Assembly: GCA_052327205.1 (NCBI GenBank)
Contig: CM126206.1
Location: forward strand, 54,684,001-54,748,000
Source of the DNA: Somniosus microcephalus
Lineage: Eukaryota
Reading direction: 5' to 3'
DNA: 64,000 bases
Part shown: piece by piece, positions 24,894-35,977 of the stretch
Position numbering within the stretch: position 1 is the stretch's first letter
Layout of the letters: each line of letters begins with the position of its first letter
The notes under the pieces: generated by a model
Told to the model about the DNA's origin: nothing
Database searches by the model: none
Seen by the model: the letters and a program-made list of their open reading frames with translations, nothing else
Made by a program: the position numbers and the translations under genes

Positions 24894-25579
24894 GCAAGCT
24901 AAACTCAATAGGATGTGGAATCTACCATCTAAAATACACAGAAGGGAGGGAAAGTACATAAGCAATGTTTTCATTAAAGCAACTGCTTAGAGATTTACTG
25001 CATAGGTGACATTTAACTACCTCACAAGACAGACAAATCATACTTCCTTGAATTGATTTATGCCAAACATATACAACTGGTTTAATAAGGTAGCTTCCTC
25101 TTCTAAAATGTATCGTTTGTTCAACAGTGGAAAACTTAAAGCTGGTATGCCAGAAGGCCTTTACAGCAAAATGCATGATACAGTACTGCATGAACTTTAA
25201 AGCTTAAGAGCTATCTTTCAGAGAACAAACAGCAAAATAACTTTGCTGCAAGACCAGGCAAGTTACCTTAATATATATTTGTACCTAACCAAAAGCCTTT
25301 TTGCAATATTGAAAAATAATCTAACATGCTATAAAATAGAAACAAGCATCAACATTCATTATTTTCACTTTTTAATGCTTTGCAACAAAAATCATAATTT
25401 TTCAGCAGACTGACAGAGAAATAATTTCAACTATGATAATATTGTAATATTCTCAAAATGTAGATATGCAGTGCCAGAACTGAAATTTGAATATGCAAGT
25501 TTATCTAATTACTAAAGTATTCAAAAATTATAGGTTCCCCTTTTATATAAAAAAGTTTAGGATCTTGCTGTTACTTTAC

Positions 25580-25610
25580 CTGTTTCTGTTTCATCTCGTG
25601 TCACAGCCAT
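25580..25610 (-). CDS. CREM: ICER-specific first exon of CREM, coding part (MAVTRDETET + 1 nt)
   Basis: Minus strand ATG GCT GTG ACA CGA GAT GAA ACA GAA ACA G|GTAAAG; resembles mammalian ICER N-terminus MAVTGD(D/E)T, phase-1 donor, located in the intron after Q2, tandem CREs about 100 nt upstream. Confidence 0.9.
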
Positions 25611-25689
25611 GCCTAACCCTTATGCCTGACCAGTCCTTTGCAGACTGCCCATTCTACGTGAAAGGTTCTTAGTCAACATACATTTAAGG

Positions 25690-25730
25690 GATTACAATAA
25701 GGTACAATGACATCAGAGTGACATCATTGC
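25690..25730 (-). promoter_or_regulatory. ICER (P2) promoter with tandem CARE-like elements
   Basis: TGATGTCA-CTC-TGATGTCA on the minus strand (25719-25726 and 25708-25715), the layout known for CARE3/CARE4; AT-rich TTATTGTAAT just downstream. Confidence 0.85.
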
Positions 25731-26344
25731 CCTTCAACAACAGGTTCCTAACTGGATCTTTTCCATGCTGTAAAGGTCAAAAATAATAAGTTGCCATTGT
25801 AAATGTAGGATTTAATAACTTTTATTGTAATGTTTTATTCATTTATTTGGTTTATCTGTTTTTTTTAAGAAGATAAAACATGCCTGCTACACTGAACAAT
25901 TTAGTTTAAAGAGGATAAACATTAAAATTACTTTTACTCACAGACATAATTACTGCTTTCTATGCAAAGAAACTGTTTTGAAGAAATCCTAACCACAATC
26001 AAGTAAAGCAATTGTTGGATAAATATTGCTTAATTGCAACTCCCAGCTGAATTTTTAAAAAGGGCTCTAATTATTAACATTTAACAGCTTTCTACAATTT
26101 TTCCACAAAATTAAAAGGGGGATACTTGCTATGTAATCTCAATATCTACAGAAAAAATACATTTGTTTAGCTTTGAAGAAAACCGGACATTTCCACACAG
26201 CACAAAATCTGTCACTTTAGAATCTGCTTCCACTCAGAGCTGCTCCAAATGATGTCACCTGCAGCTTCATTCATTTTCACGCGATATAACTTAGGACCAG
26301 TTTGGGACTCAATCAGGAGCCATCTTACTCCAGGAAAATATACT

Positions 26345-27825
26345 ACCAGTTGAATATGCAGCAAGTTAGTGTATGGTAGCCTGGTAGTTGTGGCTAGTGG
26401 CCCAGCGGTTATGAGTTCAAAATTTCACCATGGCATGTTGTGAAATTGACTTCAATAAATTTGATAATTTGTGGGCTAGCACAGGAAAAATTGCCACGAA
26501 AACTGCTGGATTGTGGTAAAATCCCAATTGGCTCACTAACATCCGTCAAAGTAGGGAACCTGCACCTGCTACCCAGTCTGGACTGTACATGACTCTAGTC
26601 CACACTGCGTGATAGGCTTGGTGCCCTCTAGAAGTAGTTAAGCCACTCAATTGTACAAACAAATCGCTCACAGCAAGTAGTGATGGCCAATAAATGTGGC
26701 CAACATGCCATCCTGCCAGCATTAATTATACCCAACTTTTCTTAAAACTAATTTTTTGGAGTCAGCCACCTCTGGATCCACTCTAGGCTGTTTCAGAATG
26801 TAGATGGTTACAGTACTTCCAATCAGTGGCAACAACACAAAATTGCATTTATGTAGTGCCTTTAATGTAAAAGAAAATTCCTAAGGTGCTGCACAAATAG
26901 GTGCAAGGATAATCTTACGCCTCTACTCCATTTGGCTTGTGCATAACACTAGTCTACACCAAGTGGTTGACGCTCAGTGCTCAGAAATAGCCCAGCAATC
27001 CACGTAGTTGTGAAAAAATACAACAAGAAAAATAGGAGATAGACCCATCCGCACAACCTGGATATTGTAGAACAACAGCACACAGGCAATCCCAGCTCAG
27101 TTGACCCTGTAAAGCCCTTCTCAACAACATCTGGAGACTGGTGGCCATTAAGAGCATCAGCTCACAGGCAAATAAAGCATTACTTTGAGATAGTCGCACT
27201 TTCAGAGTCACATCTATCAGGCAACATCCCAAACTCCTCCGTCATCATTGCTAAATACGCCCCACCCAGCAGTAGGACAGACCCACCAGAGGTGGAGGCA
27301 CCATGGTATACAGTCAGGTGTGAGTTGACTTGGGAGTCCTCAACAGCAACCTCAGACCCTATTAAGTACAAAGGCTTCAGGTAGAACAAGGCCATGGAAA
27401 CCTCTTACAAAACCAAAATACTGCGATGCTGGAAATACTCAGCAGGTCAGGCAGCATCTGTGGAGAGTGAAACAGAGTTAACGTTTCAGGTCAATAATCC
27501 TTTGTCAGAACAGTTCTGATGAAGGGTCATCGACCTGAAATGTTAACTCTATTTCTCTCTCCACAGTTGCTGCCTGACCTGCTGAACACTTCCAGCATTT
27601 TCTGTTTTTATTTCATGGAAACCTCTTGCTAATCAACCTCTACTATTCTTTTGAACAGAAAAACCAGTGCTCCTCCTCGTTGAGCACCACATAGAGGCAG
27701 AACTGAGGGAAGCAAGGGCACAGGATTGTACTCGATGATGGATTGCCAGACTGGGCCTGTGTCAGTCATTTAGGGAACAAATACCAACCTACCTGTCGCA
27801 GACAGATATATACAAGAGCATTGGT
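26345..27825 (+). mobile_element. Old degenerate LINE/SINE fragments
   Basis: EN-region remnants of the 55320-60840 family (caggacagacccaccagaggtggaggcac, caggtagaacaaggccatggaaacctc). Confidence 0.5.
27407..27613 (+). mobile_element. Penelope-derived palindromic insert with hammerhead motif
   Basis: TSD CATGGAAACCTCTT (27393-27406, 27614-27627); imperfect inverted arms centred near 27511; GTT-CTGATGA-AGGGTCATCGACCT-GAAA-TGTT-AAC at 27513-27547. Confidence 0.85.
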
Positions 27826-27848
27826 AGGACGATCCATGTCAAGATAAA

Positions 27849-28671
27849 GGGCTAGATTTTCATTGGGCCGTTGAGGCGGGATTGGAGGCGTGTGGGGAGT
27901 TAAAATCGCAAAATTGGGGGGCACGAACCCATCCCGCCTCCATGCCAGTTTCAAAGGAGGCGGATACCCAACCTGTGCTGGGAGCCACCTCCCCGAGGCG
28001 GGAAGGGGATTAGTGCCAATTAACTGCCTGTTAACAGGTAGTTAACAGGCAGTTTTTAGCCTAATCCCTATTTTTATCCCTGAAGTGTGGGATTCCCGAT
28101 GGCTCCAAACTACGCCAAGTTAGCGAGGCGGACCGTCAGGCTGAAGGGCTTGGAGGGTTCGAGATGTCCGGTGTTCAGGTGAGTGATGTGTGCATGAGTG
28201 CAGAGGTAAGTATGTTTGGGGTGTGTATAGAGTGTTTAAATAAGTTTTGCTTACCTTTACAGCCTTCCTTCCTTCAGGTCTCAGGAGTCCCTCATCTCAC
28301 CGGCACAGAAAGTAGAATGGCCAAGAGCTGTCAAAAGTTGCAGCATTCAGCTTTCTGTTCTGGAGAGATCTCTAAATCAGCCTAAGAGGAAGGAATTAAC
28401 TTAGTGTACAGATTGTCAGTGTTCGACAGCTTCAAAGAGCTGTCAAACGCTGATTTCATCTGTCAAAAGCTCTTGACAGATGAAATGTCAATCTTTGACT
28501 TCACCTGTTGCCGGGTGGTCCTTAATTGGCCTGCTGAGCCCGCTGGGCGGGCTCAACAAGGTCAATCAAGTGAAAATCAAGTGGGTTGGCCACAACTCGA
28601 TGTAGGCGGGACTACAACCCCAAAAGTTGTAGTCGCACCTCCTACACGCCTCCAGTATCAAAATCCAGCCC
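27849..28671. mobile_element. PIF/Harbinger-type MITE
   Basis: TIRs GGGCTAGATTTT / AAAATCCAGCCC, 3-bp TSD AAA. Confidence 0.85.
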
Positions 28672-31094
28672 AAAGTCTCATCACCACAGTAATCCAAGTG
28701 TGACGTCACCAGAAAGCGGGTAAGTGATTGGTTGGTAAGTATTTCTCCCTTTTTAAGCTTAAATCTCTTTGGTTTATAGTTTCTAAGGTGCGATATTCAT
28801 CATCTAGAATCGGGACAGAGGGTATTTAAAAATATCAAATTTAATTAATTACATAGAATGGGAGATCAGGTGATGTGTTGCTGCTGCAATATGTGGGAGC
28901 TGGTGGACACCATTGATGCTCACGGTGATCACATTTGCAGTAAGTGTTGGCTGCTCGAGGAGTTCCTGCTCCGTGTTGAAGAGCTGGAGTCCGAGCTTCA
29001 AACACTGAGACACATCAGGGAGGGGGAGAGTTACCTGGACTCTGTATCACGAGGTAGTCACACCAATTAGATTAATTAATTCAGATGTAGTCCGTGGCCA
29101 GGGTCAGGATGGTGTGACTAGAAGTGAGGCAGGTACGGGGATCCAGGAGGTAGTGTTGGAGGAGCCGCAGCCCTTGCACTTGCCCAACAGGTTCGAGGCT
29201 CTTACTCCCCGTGAGGATGGGAACAGGGACTGTGGGGAGGATGAGCAACCTGGCCACAGCACCGTGGAGCAAGGGACCATTCAAGTGGGGGGAGTTAAAA
29301 GAAATGTTGTAGTGGTAAGGGATAGTATCGTTAGGGGGATAGATAGAGTTCTTTGCTGCCGAGAGCGAGTGTCCCGAAGGCTGTGTTGCCTGCCCGGTGC
29401 CAGGGTTAAGGACATCTCCTCTGGACTGGAGAGAAACTTGGAGTGGGAGGGGGAGGATCCAGTTGTCATGGTCCATGTTGGTACCAACGACATAGATAGG
29501 ACAAGGAAGGAGGTTCTGCTGAGGGAGTTTGAGCAGCGAGGGGCCAAATTAAAAAGCAGAACCACAAGGGTAATAATATTACCTGAGCCATGAGCGAATA
29601 TGGCTAGGACAAATAAAATTAGAGAGTTAAATGTGTGGCTCAAAGATTGGTGTGGGAGAAATGGGTTTTGCTTCCTGGGACACTGGCACCAGTACTGGGG
29701 CAGGAGGGAGCTGTTCCGTTGGGACGGGCTTCACTTGGCCAGTGCTGGGACTAGAGTCCTGGCGGATCATATAACTAGGGCTGTAGAGAGGGCTTTAAAC
29801 TAACTAGTGGGGGGGGAGGTTCCCAGAGAGCAAATAATAAAAATGACAACAGAGAAGGTCATAGACTTAGGTAGCAGTGGGGAAATTAAAAACCAGAGCG
29901 TGTCAGGAAGGGGCAGAAGGTATGGAGTAAAAGGTAAAGTAATAAAAAGGGCAAAAGCAGAAACTAAGTGTCACAAAACATATTTGAAAGTTCTCTATCT
30001 GAATGCACGTAGCATTCGTAACAAAATAGACGAGTTAATGGCACAAATAACTACATATGGGTATGATCTTGTGGCCATTACAGAAACATGGCTGCAGGGT
30101 GACAATGCCTGGGAATTAAACATACCAGGTTATTTAACGATCAGGAAGGAAGGGGAGGTGGGGTGGCTATGTTAATAAAGGAAGGAATCACTGTAATACA
30201 GAGAAATGATATTGGGTCAAAAGATCAGGATAATGAAACAGTTTGGGTGGAGATAAGGAATAAGAAGGGGAAAAAAACACTAGTGGGCGTAGTCTATAGG
30301 CCTCCGAACAGTGGCAACTCTGTTGGACGGAGTATCAATCAGGAAATAGTTGAGGCTTGTAATAAGGGAACATCTATAATTATGGGGGATTTTAACTATC
30401 ATATTAATTGGACAAATCAAATTGGGCAGGGCTGCCTTGAGGATGAGTTCATTGAGTGTATTAGGGATGGGTTTCTTGAGCAGTATGTAACTGAACCGAC
30501 CAGGGGGCAAGCAACCTTAGATCTGGTCCTGTGTAACGAGACAGGATTAATTAAAAATGTCCTAGTAAAGGATCCCCTTGGAATGAGTGACCATAACATG
30601 GTTGAATTCCATATTCAATTAGAGGGTGAGAAGGTTGGATCTCAAACAAGCGTGCTAAGCTTGAATAAAGGAGACTATGAAGGTATGAGAGCGGAATTGA
30701 GTAGAGTGGATTGGGAAAATAGATTAAAGGGTAAGACGATACATGATCAGTGGTGTACATTTAAGGAGTTATTTTACAACTTCCAAAAAAGATATATTCC
30801 ACTGAGAAGAAAAGGGTGTAAAAGAAAAGACAGCCATCCGTGGCGAAGTAAAGAAATTAAGGATAGGATTCGACTAAAAACAAGGGCATATAAGGTAGCC
30901 AAATCTAGTGGGAGGATAGAGGATTGGGAAAACTTTAAAAGACAGCAAAAAATAACAAAAAGATTGATTAACAAAGGGAAGATAGATTATGAAAGTAAAT
31001 TGGCAAAAAATATAAAAACAGATAGTAAGAGTTTTTATAGTTATATAAAAAGAAAAAGGGTGGCTAAAGTAAATGTTGGTCCCTTAGAGGATGA

Positions 31095-31271
31095 TGTAGT
31101 GTATGTGCCTTTAAGAGCCCCATGTGTACTGTAATGCTGGTAATGGCCACTCGGGCTATATAAGCCGGTATATTGTGTTGTATCAGTCAGTTCCCCTCCA
31201 GACTTTGTTTAGTAAACACCTATGAAACCAACTCCTGTCTTCAGTGTCTCTATCAACACACAGACACAACA
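31095..31271 (+). repeat. 5' LTR
   Basis: TGTAG...ACAACA with TATATAA and AGTAAA; 5 differences from the 3' LTR by manual comparison. Confidence 0.97.
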
Positions 31272-31731
31272 GTGGCGACGAATTGGAAACGGACTGACCT
31301 GCAATTCGGCAGCACCTCAAGGACATCGATTCCTCTGGCGTCCAAAGTTGAAGAAAAATCAAAAAAAAAAAGTGTGGTTTCACCAGCTAGCCAAGCTAGT
31401 GGCAGGTACTGCAATAATCCTTCCTGTGCGTCGGGCTGGGGCTCCAGCGGCTGGCTCTACAGCTGGGCCAAGCAGCGAAAGCGGAGGCAAGCAGTAACAG
31501 GCGGGGAGGGAGCACTCGGGAGACGGCCGGCGCTGCAAGCAGGTCGGCGTTCAGACCGAGAGAGAGAGTCTGGCGGGAACGAGTCTCCAACTGAAAATAA
31601 ATAAATAAAAAGAACGGAAACCGCGGGAAACAGCGTTGTCATCGGCAGCAGCGGCGGGGAAGCGCGGGAAGCGCCATATCTTTTCTGCAGAAAAGAAAGA
31701 AAAGCGCGGGAAGCGCCATTTTATTTCTAGG

Positions 31732-34700
31732 TTGCCTAAGTCTGGCAATATTGATGCTTTTGATAACGAGATAGAGGATTGGACCACATATCTGGAAAGA
31801 GTGGAGGTATATTGCACCGCAAATGGAATAGAAGATGAAAAAAAAGCTTCAGTACTGCTAAATCTAATGGGCGCAAAGACATACGGGCTGTTACGAAATT
31901 TAATCACTCCAGCCAAACCAAAGGACAAGAATTTTAAAGAAATTGTTGATACCCTACAGGAGCACTTAAACCCAACACCGCTGCTGATAGCAGAACGATT
32001 CAAATTCTTCAAGAGAAATCAACACAAGAATGAAAGTAACGCTGATTACCTCACCGAATTAAGAAAGCTATCAAAACACTGCCAATTCAGGGCAGGACTA
32101 GCAGATTATCTTCGAGACAAATTCGTCTGCGGTCTCTTAAGTGAAGGAACACAAAAAAGGCTGCTTTCTGAAAAAGATTTAACACTGGACAAGGCTTTCA
32201 GTATGGCTGTATCATACGAAGCAGCCGCAAGAGGAGCTGCAGAGATACAACAAAAGACACAGGACTTCGGCACCCATGAAATGACACAGGGTTTCGAGAG
32301 ATGTTTTCGCTGCGGCAGATCCACCCATGACCAGAGAGACTGCTGGTTCGAGGACAAAGCATGCAGGCAATGCGGAAAGATTGGACACATTGCACGGGTA
32401 TGCCGATCTGGGCAAAAAAAAATCCACAGACAGGAAAAAAAAAAATCAATAAAGAAAAGTACAGAAAGGTACAAATGACGACGGACAGTAGCTCCGAAGA
32501 CCAGAAGAGCGATAGTGACTCCGAAAACAAGAGACTAAGCTGTCTCAAATTACATAATGTAATTGCCAAAGATGATTACCAGACCATTTGGGTTATCCTC
32601 ACGATAGCAGGGTCCCCAGTTAAAATGGAGCTAGATACAGGATCAGCTCTGACCGTCATAAATCGACGGGATTACGAGCGGCTATTTCCGCATATACCTT
32701 TAAAAGACACATCCATTATCTTGAAAACATATACGGGGCAGAAAGTATACCCCAAAAGAAAAATAAGGGTGCCTGTTGTATACAACGGCAAGGAAATACA
32801 AAAGTTGTATACATTCTACAAGATGGTGGTCCACCGCTGTTGGGACGTGAATGGATCAGGAAAATACGTTTAGACTGGCACTCCATTCAGGCACTGACAG
32901 TGACCAGTAAGAAAAAAAACGATGATGACGTCATACCTGAACGATTAAAAGACATCTTGGCCAACGCCACAGAAGTGTTTCAAGAGAAACTAGGAACCTT
33001 GAAAGGCATCACCGCCTCAATAAAAGTGGAAGATGCAGCAATTCCCAAGTTTTTTAAGGCAAGACCGGTGCCATACGCAATTCGTCCAGCAGTCGAGGCA
33101 GAGCTGGAGAATTTGGAAAGGGCAGGCGTATTATCCAAAATAGATTGGAGCGAGTGGGCAACACCCATCGTTCCAGTCATGAAGAAAGCATTGAATAATG
33201 ACATATCTGAAGAACAGAGAAAAATTCGCATCTGTGGAGACTTCAAGGTGACTGTAAACCCGGTCCTTCACATGGTACAGTATCCTCTTCCGAGGATAGA
33301 AGATATTTTCGCCTCACTATCCGGAGGGAAACGTTTCACCAAAATTGACTTGGCACAGGCATATCTACAGATGGAGGTTGAAGAGGCCTCTAAAAAATCT
33401 CACGATAAATACACACAAAGGTCTGTACCAGTACAATCGACTGGTTTTCGGAGTAGCATCCGCTCCAGCTATCTGGCAAAGAGCTATGGAGCAAGTCCTC
33501 CAAGGGATTCCGGGGACTCAATGCTACCTAGATGACATCCTTCTAACAGGAGAAAACGACAACGAGCACCTTGCCAATTTGGAGCAGGTGCTCACTAGGC
33601 TGAGAGAACGGGGCCTACGAGCAAATCGCCCCAAGTGCGAATTTTTCCAAAATCAAATATCATATTGTGGCCACATAATTAATAAGGAAGGGTTGCATAA
33701 GTCACCTGAAAAAATTGAAGCGGTCATAAAAGCCCCAGCACCTGAAAATGTTTCACAATTAAGGTCGCTCCTGGGATTAATAAATTACTATCATAAATTT
33801 TTACCAAACTTATCAACTCTTCTACACCCTCTTAATGAACTGCTACAAACAGGAGTAATTTGGAAATGGAGCGAAGACTGTAAACGTGCCTTCCATAAAT
33901 GCAAAGACTTAATCACGTCCAAAGAAATTTTGGCTCATTACAACCCATCACTGCCAATCAGACTGGCATGCGATGCATCCCCTTACGGCATAGGAGCAGT
34001 ATTATCGCATAAATTCCCTGATGGCTCGGAACGGCCGATAGCTTTTGCGTCACGCTCATTGAACTCAGCTGAGCGTAACTATACCCAAATCGACAGGGAA
34101 GCACTCAGCCTGGTATGGGGAGTGAAGAAATTCAACCATTACCTACACGGACAAAAATTTACCTTGTTGACTGACCATCAACCCCTCATCTCCATATTCA
34201 ACCCTAAAAAGGGTGTTCCCATTATGACAGCGCAAAGGCTACAGAGGTGGTCCCTTTTTCTTGGGGCACACCAATACAACATAGAATACAAAGGATCAAA
34301 ACAGCATGGGAATGCTGACGGGTTATCGCGCCTACCGTTGCCAACGGTAGAAGAAGCACCTACCGTCGACCCAGTGGAGATTTTCCACTCTACCATAGTC
34401 GAATGTCTACCAGTAACAAATTCTGCCATTGAAAGGGAAACTAGAAATGACCCGACTCTCTCACGAGTCTACGATTTAACAGTGAAGGGATGGCCAGCAC
34501 ATGGCGAACCATGTTGCCAGCATTCTCGCAAAGAAGAGAACAGCTGTCAGTGTGCCGAGGAACCTTGATGTGTGGATCCAGAGTGGCGATTCCACCCAAA
34601 CTCCAAGATAAAGTTCTAAAGGAGCTTCACGAGGGGCATCTGGGTGGAGTGAAAATGAAGAACCTAGCCAGGGCGTTTGTATGGTGGCCAGGTATCGATG

Positions 34701-35703
34701 GAGACATCGAAGAAATGACCAAGAGCTGCCGAGGATGCCAGAAGGTCCAAAACGCTTCACCCCAAGCCCCTCTACATCCATGGGAGTGGCCCTCATCTCC
34801 CTGGCAAAGGGTACACATCGATTTTGCTGGTCCATTTATGGACTCAATGTTCTTAATCGCGGTTGATGCACACTCCAAGTGGCCGGAGGTAATAAAGATG
34901 TCCTCCACCACCACGGAAAAAACCATCACAGTATTAAGGACCATATTTGCCAGGAATGGGCTGCCGGAACAGATCTGTTCTGATAATGGACCTCAATTTG
35001 TGTCCGAAGAATTCAGGGAGTTCTTAAAAAACAATGGGGTTAAGCACTACACATCCGCCCCATACCATCCCGCCACCAATGGATTGGCTGAAAGGTTTGT
35101 CCAGACCTTCAAGAAGGCCATGGGTAATGAAGACATAAAACTTCAGCACAAGGTGGATAACTTCTTGTTTGCATACAGGAATGCAACACATATGGTTACA
35201 AACCAAACTCCCGCCATGATGTTCTTCAATAGAAGCCTAAGATGCCGGCTGGATTTGATCAAGCCCAACATCAGAAGGGACGTGGAGAACCGGCAATTTC
35301 AAGGCATGAATGAAAGGCCAACTAGAACCTTCCAGGTAGGTCAACAAGTTTTGGCCCGGGACTACCGTACCGAGAAATGGCAGCCTGGAACCATCTGCAC
35401 ACGACTAGGACCGCTGATGTATACCGTGGACATCGGAGAAAGCATAATAAGGCGCCATGCTGACCAAATCATAGAGTCATCCGAAAATGGACAACCTACA
35501 CCACAACTCTATACGCCTAACGATGAAGTAGAGATACCCATATCTACCTCCGATCCGGTGATACTGGAACCCGATGAACCCGACACTGGCATTCAAACCG
35601 AATCAGCCTTGCCAAAAGAACCTACTACACCACCAGAAACTACTGCACCACCGAGGCGTTATCCGGACCGAGTCAGGAAGCCTCCAGAGAGACTGACTTA
35701 TAA
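31732..35703 (+). pseudogene. Gypsy gag-pol, frameshifted into five ORF pieces
   Basis: Gag with two CCHC knuckles (CFRCGRSTHDQRDC, CRQCGKIGHIARVC), protease LDTGSA, RT YLDD, RNase H DAS, integrase HHCC plus DFAGP/SDNG/E, in Gypsy order. Confidence 0.95.
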
Positions 35704-35800
35704 TTAATTAACTACAGCAACGTGTAGATTATTTTTCTTGTAACATGCAATTAATAATTACTTAAAATATTATGTGCTGGTTGGCTAAAATGGGAGGAAT

Positions 35801-35977
35801 TGTAGCATATGTGCCTTTAAGAGCCCCATGTGTACTGTAATGCCGGTAATGGCCACTCGGGCTATATAAGCCTGTATATTGTGTTGTATCAGTTAGTTCC
35901 CCTCCAGACTTTGTTTAGTAAACACCTATGAAACCAACTCCTGTCTTCAGTGTCTCTATCAACACACAGACACAACA
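35801..35977 (+). repeat. 3' LTR
   Basis: Direct repeat of 31095-31271. Confidence 0.97.

Larger units (their letters stand above)
31095..35977 (+). mobile_element. Full-length Ty3/Gypsy LTR retrotransposon, Mag-like
   Basis: 177-bp LTRs TG..CA, 5-bp TSD GATGA (31090-31094, 35978-35982), PBS TGGCGACGA at 31273 (tRNA-Ser-type), purine tract before 35801. Confidence 0.98.
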
